A DNA stretch of 64,000 nt. Origin: Octopus bimaculoides. Lineage: Eukaryota. The position numbers were made by a program, and so were the translations under genes. This document shows positions 14,021 to 27,200 of this stretch, one piece after another. The DNA lies in the NCBI RefSeq assembly GCF_001194135.2, contig NC_068984.1, positions 24,609,079-24,673,078 of the forward strand, in the 5' to 3' direction. Below the pieces are notes generated by a model. That model made no database searches. It saw nothing but the letters and a program-made list of their open reading frames with translations, and was not told where the DNA came from. Every line of letters starts with the position of its first letter. Position 1 is the stretch's first letter.

Positions 14021-14729
14021 ATGTAAAAACAAATATTATGTTTGAGAAAACCTGCAAATGTTCACAAAAGTTAAAAAAAACATAACTCTATAGCATAAAA
14101 ATTTCAGCAAAAAGTTGTGATTGACAGATGCTTTTTGCTGCCTGAAGATCAGATACAAAGTGTGTATTGAACAATTTGGAATGGAGGTGTAATCTGCTAT
14201 TTTCAATCATCCAAAGCCTCATGGGTTGGCCAACTCTCACAGAAAATCCCTTGTTAGATGAAATATTACTGATTTTTATTATCATCATCTTTTTTCTTGT
14301 ATCTTTCACTTGTTTCAGTCATTAAGCTACAGCCATTCTGGGGCATTGCCTTGACAAATCAAGCCCAGTACTTTTTTCTTTATTCTATGTCTCTTTTGCC
14401 AAGCTGCCAAATTACAGGGACATAAACAGACCAACACTAGTTATGAAGCAGTAGTGAGGGATAAACTTCTCTCTTTCACACACATACGTATGCACACACG
14501 CATGCACATACACACACACACGTTTTTAATGATATCAGTAGTCTCTGAAGGTACGCAGCTGCAAGAGTTTTGTCACTGTTTTGTGTAAATAAAATGGAAA
14601 CCTTAATAAATTAATTAACTCAAAAACTTCATTTAGTGTATACCAACAAAAGCTTGCACTGATGAAAATTAAATTCAGAAATGCATCAATTGTTACTGGG
14701 AGATTTTTAATTAGTAATAGATACAAACA

Positions 14730-14945
14730 TACAAGGGGTGCTGGAAAGTTCCTGACTTTGGGTAAAAGAAAATCCAGGAGGATCAGTTAATTATGATTAT
14801 ATTCAACATATTCCCTACTCAGATACACAAATTACAGTAACACTTCAGTTTTTCTAAGCTCTGTAAAAGAACTCAGAAGGTTGGGCCTCCAACCAGGCCT
14901 TTTGCGATACCCTTAAAGCCAGGAACTTTTCAGTGCTTCCTCGTA
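14730..14945. mobile_element. Mariner-type MITE
   Basis: Imperfect TIRs TA-caaggggtgctggaaagttcctgacttt and aaagccaggaacttttcagtgcttcctcg-TA; no coding capacity. Confidence 0.7.
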
Positions 14946-15136
14946 CATACTTGCAGCTGACAGAAAAATGGATCACATGCTGCTTGTGAAAGCGAAAAAG
15001 ACTATGTACACCACACAAAATCTCAATATGCTATTTAATTTTTTTAATCAACTTGCTAATTATGTTGTATTGGAAGCATTAAATTTAACTTTTGTTTTGT
15101 TCCATTGCTAAGAACCTTTTTTTAATTTCTTTCTAG

Positions 15137-15260
15137 ACCTGTCTGGCAGTGACAGCATCTAAGAAAAGTCAAAATTTAATTTCACATGTTGAAGATTTGA
15201 AAGACTTTAAAAAGTTATTGAGGACAAAAACTAATTTACTTGTGATATTAACTAAAACAG
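15137..15260 (+). CDS. PDIA5: PDIA5 coding exon (first located; phase 0 to 1): TCLAVTASKKSQNLISHVEDLKDFKKLLRTKTNLLVILTKT
   Basis: Acceptor ttctttctag, donor gtatag; 124 nt; end of signal peptide plus start of b domain. Confidence 0.88.
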
Positions 15261-18200
15261 GTATAGTAAATACTTTGCTTTCATTTTTTTTAAATAAAAA
15301 AGCTGGATGTTTAGTATATTTTTTGAATTGGTTAGTAATCTCTAATGTAACTTTAACACAAATTTTTCAAGAATTTTGGTTCCAAATAAAGTTTCTACCA
15401 CTTGAGGTTATGGTATTGCTATATTTTGTTTGTCTAGAATAATAATATTTAGCTGTAGATCAGCTCTACTTGAACAGAATTAAAACAGGTTAAAGCTGGA
15501 TTATTGACCACATTGTTAAGTTCAAAATCCTACTTCGGTCATTGTGTTCTGTCTCTTACAAGGCACATAACTCATTACTTCAGTTTGCCTGATAGTCCTC
15601 CCCACTAAAAAAAAAAAATAAGCAAACAAATGAGCTTCTGTTTCACAGTTTAAGTAATCAGTGTATTCGACCATAAAAAGTATTGCTCCAACACAAATTC
15701 ATTCCACCCATCTCAGTATGGAAAAATACATGTAAAACAATAAATAAAATATGCAAATATATCTGTTCATAAACTTTTACATATCATTTGTCCTAAATTC
15801 CTCATGCAAGGTTTTATTTCAATCTTTAAATGTTCTATCATCTACATAATTCATTACAAATATTTCCTTAAACTGATACCTTGAGCTCTGTGTTTGCTTT
15901 GTTGAATGAAGATTCAGCAAGACATAGTCTGTGGAAAATTATGATCACCCTATGGCTACCTGTATGCAGGGTCAAAGCTGAAAACTTCCAATGGCATCCT
16001 CTACCTGTCCCCATCACCCTTTTCTGTATCACCACTGGACTTATGATGAGGATGCGGTGGTGTTGGTACTGGTGTGTTGGTTTGCTGAACAACCTGTTTG
16101 AGGAGTATTGTTATAGTGGGCATGATTTGTAGGTAGCCAATCCCAACTCTCTTGCCCTTCAAGCTTGTATTGGTCTGGTGCAACAAATACCATGGGATTG
16201 GTACAATAAGTGCCATGGGATTGGTACTTACCAGGATACAGGGTTTGTATGGAGTTACCTTCTCTTGGATGAGCCTCATCTGTTCTGGGTCTATTAGGAT
16301 ATCTTTAAGTGACCTTCTTCCAAAGGCATTTTTGTGACATGCTAATTAACCCATAAGTGGGACCCTGACAAAGGCTACTACGCTGGGTCAGAGTAGATCT
16401 GGGAACAATAGTGACTAAGAAGTAATTTCACACTCCTGAATCTCCTGAACAAGGGCTCCACAACAGAGTGCAGTTTAAAGCTATATCCATGACAAAAGTT
16501 GCTGCTAAAGCTTGATTTATTGGTTTTCTTTCTTTTGAAAAGGAAATGAGATATTGGGTCATCTCATAAATAATGCGTTTTTTTTTATTCCTCCTTTATT
16601 TTTCAAAATTAAGAGAAACAAAGTTCTTTTTCAATCTAAAATATACTTTCCTTCATTTCCTACAATGCTCTTCCATCTATCTGGTAGACTTGCAGTGTCC
16701 CTCTTACAAAATTCACTTATCCGTGATGAAAAATACTCTTCCAGTACTGTTCTGAACTCGTTTACAGAGTTCATATTTTTTCCGTCCAAATGATTTTGAA
16801 GACTGCGGAATAAATGATAATCAGATGGGGCAATGTTCAGTAAATATGGTGGGTGGGGCATCGTTTCCCATTCAAACTGCTCCAGCCTTTGGAATGTCAT
16901 CCTCACTGTATGTGACCAAGCATTATCCTGATGGAAGAACACCCTTCATCTTGAAACCAAAGCTGCTCACACTAGATCTCCTTTGTTATTGTTAGGTTTG
17001 CGTTTAGAAGTTCGAAGTGGACTAAACTTTTCATATCCCACCAAACAGATAACAGCACCTTATGTGGGTGAAGACCTTCTTTAGCTGGGGGTGCCGATGT
17101 TTCTCTTCTCCCTGCTCACTGTCTTCGATGCTTGGCATTTTTATAGAGAACCCATTTCTCAACACCAGTCACTATTCGGTCCAAAAAAGGTTCATTCATG
17201 AGATGTGACAGCGAAGTAGAGCATACATTCACTCTCTGCACATGATTAGACTCGGAAAGTTTGTGAGGAACCCATTGACCAATTTTCTGACTTTTCCAAT
17301 GGCATGCACGTGTTGATGAATGGTTGAATGACCAAATCCAAGCTTCTCTGCTAGTTCCTCAACAGTTATGATCGGTTTTTGTTCCAACAGAATTTGCAGG
17401 ACATTTGTGTCATGCTCTACAGATCTTCCAGGACAAGGCTCATTTTCTAGGCTGTAATTTCTGGCTTGGAATTTCTGGAACCACCGTTGACACTGGCTTA
17501 CGATTATTGTCCAATCCGCATAAACTGCATTAATATTCCTCGCACTTTCCATTGCATTGTTGCCTTTATTGAACCCATAAAGCCAAATATGCACCTTTGC
17601 CACTTCCATTGTATTTTTGGAAAAATAACTGTTAAAATCAAACTGCACTCTTCAAAACTTGCACTAAAAATAAGTACAAGGTAAAATGACTACCTGCTTT
17701 TATAGCAAGTTGATGCAGGTAGTTTATCCTGTCTCCCTCCGACTTTTAGTTTATGCAATTGAAAAAAAACCACATTATTTATGAGATGATCCAACACTTA
17801 GGCAATCTCCCCTTTCTTGAAATATAGCCAGTGAAAGGTTTAATGTCAAAAAGCTATACTAAATATTGGAAATGGAACTCAGTTGACAATAAGAGCTAGA
17901 GTGAATATCAATTCTTTTCACCTTTTTGTCTCTTCTGTTCCAGTTCATTTTAAAATTCTAATTTGTTTTCCAATATCTCATATGTTGCATTTAATTTGTT
18001 TTTCAGAAAAATCTTTGTCTTCCATTTTACCTGTGATACAGACAACTGCTGAAGAAATGAAAGGCAAAGCCACATTAATTACCATTGACTGCAGGTAAAT
18101 ATTCGTTAAGAATGGTTTGGTAATCTATTTATAGTTAACACTTAGTAGTTTTGTAGGTGTTCTTTCTTTTGCAAAATTATACCAGTATCCATAGTAACTA

Positions 18201-21200
18201 CAATCCTTACATATGAAGTTAAGATTGTTGGTTTGTCTATGCATGTTTAATATCACAACAACTTTCTTTATAAGATGGTGGTATGGAGAGCAGATAGCAA
18301 ATTTAATTTGTCTAAAAATTAGTTGTTGTTTAACTCCAGGTCATCTCTGATTGAATGAGATAAAAAGCATATAGATAATCCACTGAAGTAAGGTTGACTT
18401 GTTTGTGATCCAGTCTTTTTTTCTGTATAATATACGTACAATTGCAATATTCTTCCATTTTGTTAGGCTTAAGATCAGTCCTAACTAAATGGAGCTGTGA
18501 TAAAAGGCATTACAGTCATGATCATCCTGTTTTAAAAGGACAGAGTATAATTTGAGGGCGGTTCAGTTGCTATTTCTAGCACGTCAAGTGCCCACTTACA
18601 AATTGCCTTGTTGACATGTGAATCCTTAATTTTTTTTTTGAAAATGACAAGGTATGATTTGAAGATTTAGCTGTTAATTTTAACTGATCAATTGATGATG
18701 TTACAAATTGAAGGGAAACAATTTTCTTAATTTTCTATTGTTCTGAAAAATCCTACAGAGAACAACAACAACAAGAAAAGAAACAAACAGCAAAAAACAT
18801 GAATGCTTATACACTTATATTCTTATAACAAATTCGATCCTTTGGCTAAGAAGATATACTACTGTCATTAATGTTTACTGAAAATATGTTAATTTTCTTT
18901 TTAGTAACAAATCAATAACTTTGTTATTATTGAGTCACTATTTTTCAAGCTTTGTACTAAATGAACCAATCTTACTCATTTAGCTCTGTCTCTGTAATTC
19001 AAGATGATCTCTTTGGCTATAGCCAGACCACTCCTCTTTCAATGCCGTGATTAAAAAAAATAAAGAAGTGTTTAGCTAATCTTTTATATCTTTCAATGCA
19101 CAGAAGAATCAGGATTAGATGATTTTAGTAATTTTTGGCTTAATATGATTTTATGCTGTCCATACAAAGCAAAATTCTTTTTCTGTTTTATCAAACCTAA
19201 CAATTATCAGTTCATTCTGTCTTTAAGAAGATCTGATATTTTGATTTAGCATGACATAAACATTGAACTAGCTACATTTTTACTATCTTTTAAATATAAA
19301 TATATGTCTCTATTTCTGTGTTATAATTTTAGTGTCGCAAAGAAACTTTGCAGAAAACTGAAAATGTCATCAAACAGCTTTGATATTAAACATTATCAGT
19401 AAGTGTTTTGATTTATTTTTGAGTCCATATTCTTTAGTTATTGTCTGTGTATGAAATGGTGAAATGGCTGAGGAGCTAAGATAATTAGATTACTAACTTA
19501 TTGGATATATGTTGTATGCCTTTGTAGAAATCTTATTGTGACCCTGGGAAAAGCACAGGCATCCACCATGAGGTGGATAGATTCTCTGATTAAAACATGC
19601 ATATATAAATATATATTTATAAAGTAATTCTTAAAATTTAATTGCAAAAGTAAATACATTGCTACAATTAATTCACACAGACTATGGAACCATTAAATAA
19701 CAATATTGTGTGTGCCTACCATCACTGGAACTTGCTCTGACTGATAGTGTCTGTTAAAATGCATGCCTTGTGGGTTTTTATATTTACATTCTGAATTCAA
19801 ATTCCACAGCTGTCAACTTTTTTTTCCTCCTTTCAAGTTATATAATATACTAATTAAAACCTGGTTTTTCATTAAACTTACTGTACTCTTTCCCAAAATT
19901 AGTGACCTTGTATTTATGCATGAAATTATTGTTATTTTTCCATTTCATTGATAAGAAATAGATTTTCTTTTTATTTGTTCTGGAGGAAGAGACTGTGCCT
20001 TTGGTTTTTGTAGTCTCTCTTAGATCAGTGACATTAAAGTGGTTAATGTTCCTCTTGAACTGTTATAAGTTGACAGTTGTTGGGGAAAACGTACAGTGAG
20101 AGATTTCCAGGGGAATGACATTCTGGGAAATAAGGGATAGGTATAGAGGGTTAGTGTGGCACCTGGTGAGTGGGAGGTGGACACAATGTGGGTTTTTGAG
20201 AAAAAGAGAGGAATGTGTTATGAGTGCTTGAGTGTAGATGGTGTAAGACTAACCAGCACTGAGGAGGAGAAGTCATGGTTGTAGTGGTAGAAAAATGCAG
20301 AGAGATGAGATGGCACATCTATGGACTAATGGTTGGAGTGTGTTGGTGCCATTCAGTCAATGTTTCTTTGGATTGGTGTAGGACGTTGGTGTAGGACATC
20401 TAGCACTAGCATTGTTCCAAACATGGAGCAGTAATTTATTGTGAGTCTTTCTTGAACTTTGTAAATGGTTAATAGTTGTTTATGGATGAAGTATTTTCTG
20501 GCTTTGAAAAGGAAGGCCAGTGTTTGTCTTTACTTTGTTGATGTGTGTTTGTCAGGAAAGATCCTCACTGATGGTAATGTTAATCATTTGTAGCAGTAAT
20601 GAGGATTCTAGTGGCATGCTATTTAGGGTTGAGCTGGAGTGTGCAATTGTTTTCTTGTTATGATAGGTGCAGATATGGCTGTGTGGTTAAGAAGCTTGCT
20701 TTGCAACCATTTGCTTTCAGGTTCAGTTTCACTGTACTGCACTTTAAGCTAGTGTCTTATACTATAGCTACAAGTCGACAAATGTGGTGAAGTTTGGTAA
20801 AAAGAAACTGTGAGAAAGCCTGGTGTGTGTGTGTGTGTGTCTGTGCTGTGTTTGTCCACCATCAGTGCTTGAAACTTGGTATTGGTTTATATCCCCATAG
20901 CTTAGTAGTTTAGTAAAAGAGACTAACAAAATAAGCTACCAGTTTTTAAATGCAAGTAATGTGGTCAATTCATTCGATTAAACTTTTCATGGTAATGCCC
21001 CAGCATGGCCAAAACCCGATAACTCAAACAAGTTTTCTTAGGTATAGTTGTCTTGCATTCAGGAAATCCACCTGAAAAATTATCATGGTATCCATGTCAC
21101 AGTTGATTGGTTTGTTAAGAATGGCACTATCCAACATCATCTTCCCTTTTATGGTTGAATGACTGGTCTCAAGAGTATGTGATATGCAGGTTCAAATATT

Positions 21201-24200
21201 TGCTGTTTGATTTTATGTTTCAAGCAATATTATTGTAAACAATGCTAGCACTTGATACAGGAAATATTTTGTGATAATCATAAATCTTTCATAGCTATGC
21301 TTTTCAATTAACAATGCCTTTTAGTTTATAATTATACATTTTTCCTCATTCATATGTGTTATGATTATGAACAGAGGTATGTTATGATTTGTGTTGATCA
21401 CTGTACTGAAGCAATTATAGTGCTGAGACCAAGTCAATAAAGGGTAGCTTTAAGGAAGCTACTTATACTATGATGTTAGTAAGTTCTTTGTTTTTATTTT
21501 ATCAGTGATGGAGAATTTAATCGAAACTATGACCGCAAATTAACTGTAAAAGTAAGTTTGTTTATTTTATTTAAAGAGAAACAATACAAGAATACTGTAC
21601 AAATTAGTATTGGTATTGTAACTAAAAAAAATAATGCCGTTTGATTGTTTTAGATTTTCTTGATATTTTGTTGTATAAACACACATTCTGAAATTAATCC
21701 TGAAGGCTTGAAGGCATGACAATTTCCTATGGGTTTCTTCTGTATTGGAGAGGTTCTATATTGGGAGAATATTAATACAGATAAAATTTGGTTTAAATTG
21801 TTTCAAATTATTGTAGTCCAGCCAGTTAAGCACTTGGCTTTATTGCTGTTTGTTTTGGTGCTTCATACTTTTGAGTTTTAGCCAGTCCCACTAGACTGGC
21901 TCCCATGCCGGTGGCATGCAAAAAGTACCATTTGAATGTGGTCATTGCCAGTGTCGCTTGACAGGTTCCTGTGCAGGTGGCATGTAAAAAGCACCCTTTG
22001 AGTGTGGTCAATGCCAGTACTGCCTGACTGGGCCCTGTGCTGGTGGAACTTAAAAAACACCCACTACACTCTCAGAGTGGTTGGTGTTAGGAAGGGCATC
22101 CAGCTGTAGAAACTTTGCCAGATCAAGGTGCTTAAGCCTTTTTGTTTACTTGCAAACATATCCAATAAAAACAACTGCATTAGTGCTAAGCAGTGACTAG
22201 GAATAAATGAACTTTAGGTTAGTTAAAATATGTTTGTGGTATGTTTCAACTTCTAAAGGCAAATTCACTGCAGCTACTATGGTGAAAAAATGTTCTTTCT
22301 TATGGTAAAAAGTGTGAAATCACCATATCTGCCCTATAGTGTGAAGTACTGGGCAGATATGGTGTTTTTACATCTTTTACCATAAGAAAGTATTTTTTCT
22401 CTATGATAACTGCATCGAATTTGCCTTTAAAAGTTAAATATTTCACAAATATATTTTAACTAACCTAAAGTTTGTTTATATCCAATACAACTTCAGAATT
22501 AGCTTTGCAAGTTTTATTATCTTTCTCTGAGTAATTAACATCAGTGATTTAGTTTCTTGTAAATAAGTCTGTTGAATCTGGGTATTGCATAAGTTGTTTG
22601 TGACTTATATTTTACTGCTAACTTTCCTTTTAGTTATTTATTTTTCTTTTATTTAAACCGTTTTTAAAAATTCCTTTTCAGTCAATGATAAAGTTTCTTC
22701 AAGATCCTAAAGGAGATATTCCATGGGATGAAGACCCAGAAGCTGAAAACATCGTCCACGTAGAGAGTGAACAGGTTAGATAGAACATATTGATTACATA
22801 TGCTGTGTGTAAGGAACATGTCTACGTTTCACTGAACTTTTTTAGGTCATGTTTATTTAGTTTTCTACTAAATTCTACTAAATATTCTACTATTCATATT
22901 CTTTTAAAAGAAATAGTTTCCTGTTTATTAGCTTAAAAATGTGACTGATTTTGCAGATAGTTTATAGAGTCAAATTAAAAGAGTTTTTTTAAATTACAGC
23001 TGTCTATTTTTGTTTATGTAAAATCCTGGAGGTAAATAAGATCAATACTCAGTATTCTGAAGTCAGTAAATAAAATATATTAATTATCTTAGGGTAGGTG
23101 GTCACAAATGTAACTATAATTGGCTGACTGCATTTGACATACAGGCAAGTGTTTGACTACATACTTCTATGCATCTATCTGAATCAGTCAGAGTGGACCA
23201 AGGTTATGTAAAAACATAAAGAAAACTAGTGACAATTTTAGGTGGCAAATAGGAATACAAATAGTTCAGAATAGGAATAAATTGCTTTGCTGTGGAGAAA
23301 AAAGAAAATCTAACGTTTTTGGTCAGACCCTTCTCTAGAGGGGGAGATAAAATGTTTTCTGATGGTACTTAATAAATAGATTAGGAATAAGAGAAAGAAA
23401 AATAGAAGTCACAAGATGTGACATATTTTCTCCTCTCTCATTATTACCAATCTATATATAAATTATCCTCAGAAAATATTATAGTGGGCATGGTTCATGC
23501 AGAGCCATCCCACCCTCTTGTCCTTCAAAGCTGTATTGATCTGGTGCAACAAGTGCCATGAGCTCAGTAGTTACCAAGTTATTGTGGTACAATATCTTTT
23601 AAATCATACATTGGAGAGTTTAGAGTAGATAATCTGTGTAGGGATCAGCTTGGCACTGACTTGAATGTGGTAACATCGAAACTATGATTTACTATAATTT
23701 TTCTTTTATTTATAATATTTTGTTTACTGATTATTTATTTTATTAATGTAGTAATATTGTGTTATTTATTTATTTATGATTTTGTTTGTTATATTTATAA
23801 TTTGTGCAACCTTGTTATACATTGTATAGTATATTGTTAGTCACTTGTAAAACAGAATAACTACAGAAAACATAACTATGGTAAGTTAATTTTCTGATAA
23901 TAATTAAAATCCTATTGAAGAGTATGATAAATAATGTAAAGCTAAATACCGGTGACATAGATAATCTTTAGACATATCATTTAGCACCGGACTTTAACCA
24001 CTGTGGCAAAGTTTAGAAGAGAATAAAAAAAATATCTTTGAACAATATTAGAAGAGAAAACTCTCTTGTCTTCTGTTCTGTCTCAAGGTAAGAACTGTTA
24101 TACTTCTCATAGTGTTTTTTTTATGTCTTAGCCAAAAAGAGAGGGAAGCATTCATAATTTTTTGTTTCAAAACTTCCAAATTTATTGAAAGAAGAGAAGT

Positions 24201-27200
24201 AAAAAAAAAACTGATTCTCAGATCATAGACCCAGTTGAAATGCTTGTAACAGAATGAATTCCACTAAAGATATACACAGAAGTGTTAAACTGGGTAATGT
24301 TTTAAGCATACTACCAAAGAACAGGTGTACTTTATGTGATGGGATAATACACAGTTTCCATCTACCGCGTTTCATTTCCAAATCTTTGCTTGATTTAGGA
24401 TTACAACAAAAGATAATATCCCAAATTGTGGCACAGTGAGAATTGACCCAAAACCACATATTTGTAAAGTGAACTTTTTAACTTCATGTCCATACTTGTA
24501 TCTGATTTAATGTTGTGGTTTTATAGATTAAGAGGAGAGATAGTCTTCTACAAAGTAGTTTACAAGCTAGAACAAGAAGCCAAGTAAAGCCTAGAATGAT
24601 GGTCGTTGAAACTCCCTTAAAGCATGACAACCAGCAACTGTAGACATATCACCAAAAGACCAGTATCAGAGCATGTCAACAACAAATAAACAGCTTTTGA
24701 TTGAAAATCTAGCAGTTTGATTAAAGATTGCTTTCAAAAGTTTAGGTTCAGTTGTATTTCAAAGAATTTGGAAAAGAATTAATGGAGATATTAACTAGAA
24801 GAAACAATTTAAAAAAAATTGGCTGGGTATTCATAAGTAACTTAGTGATTTAATTTTGGAGTTAATTCTTCTCTAAACAAGGAATTTCACACACTCTAAA
24901 CAAGAAGTTAATTCATACTTAAGACGTATCAAACCGCTTTTATTCAATTATATATGCAATTTATTCTCCATTTTCATTGCTGTGGAATAATAGTTACCAA
25001 AATCTGTCACAAAGTTAGACTTGTATTCTACCGCTGAAACACTGTTATTTCACATTCTGTTGAAAGTTTAAATGTAGTCCAATGTGATATTAAAGAATAA
25101 TCATCATTTTCTCATATTTGATTTAGGTTAGCTTGGTCTACAAAGTTATATTTTTCATTATACTCTATATTAAAAAATGCAATCACATCTATATTTAGGT
25201 TGACAGGTTACAACACTTTTGTTTTTTTTTTTCCTTTTACTGTTTTGTATTCCTTGTTTCCTCTATTAGCATGAGTTCACTGGGTTTCTTCAGTTTGTAT
25301 GCTTGTATAATGTTGAAGCAATGTGCTTCACTTAGGCAAATAGAATTCAGCTGAAACTTTGTTAAAGTTCACATATGTGCAGGCATGGCTGTGTAGTAAG
25401 AAGCTTGCTTCCCAACCACATGGTTCTGGTTCAGTTCCACTGCATGACACCTTGGGCAAGGGGTCTTCTACTACAGTCCTAGGACGACCAAATCCTTGTG
25501 AGTGGATTTGACAGACGGAAACTGAAAGAATCTCATTGAATGTGTGTGTGTGTGTATGTGTGTATGTGAAAACTGGTGTAGGTTTGTTTACATCCCTGAA
25601 ATTTGGCAGTTTGGTAAAAGAAACCAATAAAATAAGTACCAGACTTAAAAAAAATACTGGGGTTGATTTGTTTGACTAAAAACTCATCAAGGCAGTGCCC
25701 TAGCATGGCTGCAGTCTAATGACTAAAACAAGTAAAAGATAACAGACATATTATGTGCTGTCATTAGTTGGACAGGTATAATGCTTTTGTTAATACTTTA
25801 AACAGTCAATTAGATTTCAGTGTTTCTTATCAGGGAAGGAAACAAAAAAAATGTAAATTAATATATTTTCTGTTAAATCAGCTTTTCAATGCGAGCCTGA
25901 ATGGTTTGGTTTTTGTGTGCAAAATTGTTCTATAAATGGGCACTTTTTATATTGTTTAACTATGTAAGATTAGTAGTTGTGTGTCAGGCAAGGTGAGGTA
26001 AGAAGACTTAGAATAGCTACTAACTGTTAAATAGATTGCATTTATTTTGTTTTTAACTATCAATTGACAATGAGTTGTGGACTATGTTGAAAAGATCAGC
26101 AAAGAAGGTTTTATATTAAAAGAAAAGTAAAGAATCATAAAATCAGGTAAAAAGTATATAGTTTAACTTCGGATGATAGCAGGACTAATTGAAATATTGA
26201 ACTATTGGAATACTGAAGGTGAAAAACAGGTAATACCATTTACCATTTACAGTTTGGTAATTGTGATATTTTGGTTAAAATTGCCCATCGTCACTTGGAA
26301 CAAGCATCCATTGAATCTAATTAGCATACTTTTACAGCTTCTATGGGATATCTTTTAAAAATCTTTCTTAATATCTCTGTATTGGATTAATTAGATACAA
26401 GTGTTGCTTTTGTTTCAGAAACTTAACAAAATGTTGAAGAAACAAAGGCTGCCAATGCTGCTTATGTTCTACGCACCTTGTAAGTAGGGCTTGAGAATAG
26501 TTCAACATTTTTGTTACTTCTATGGATGGTTCTTGCATATAAAGAAGAGAACAGAGCTTTCTAGAAAGATAATAGCAAAACAAGTCATTACTAAATAAAT
26601 TTTTCAGTTGTTAATCCCTAAATGGTATTTAAATAATGCTTTAAAGTAATTTTATTTTGTTGTTAAAAATTATCAATCATTTTGAAAACATTGGCATTTC
26701 TTAGCTCTTTTCTTTCCTTTTATTTCAAAAGTCTATTTTATTTTATGCTATTACTAATGCTTTTACTAATCCTCTAGTAATCCAACTATTACTAATCCTT
26801 CACTAACGCTATTGTTATCTTTTTACATGATGAAGACATCTGTATTAGTATTTATTATAACAATACTATAACATTAACTATCTTTAGATGCTGTTTAGCC
26901 CCAGGTTGCTTATGAGGTCAAGCACACCTATAATCAAAGACATTTAGGCTATTGCCATCCTGTAAATTTTTCGAATACCTTTCTTTTATTGAAAATGATT
27001 GTACAGGATATGAAGAAGATTTGGTTGCTACTACTAGTAGACCATATGAATTGGGACTCCCTCAGTATAAGTACCAGCAGTATAGTAAGATTAATATAGA
27101 GTACTATGTCTATTCCCATTAATCACAACTGGTCTTGTGTCTAACCAAAAGAACCCATTATAAACCTGTTTATTATGTTTCATAATAATTTTTATTTTTG

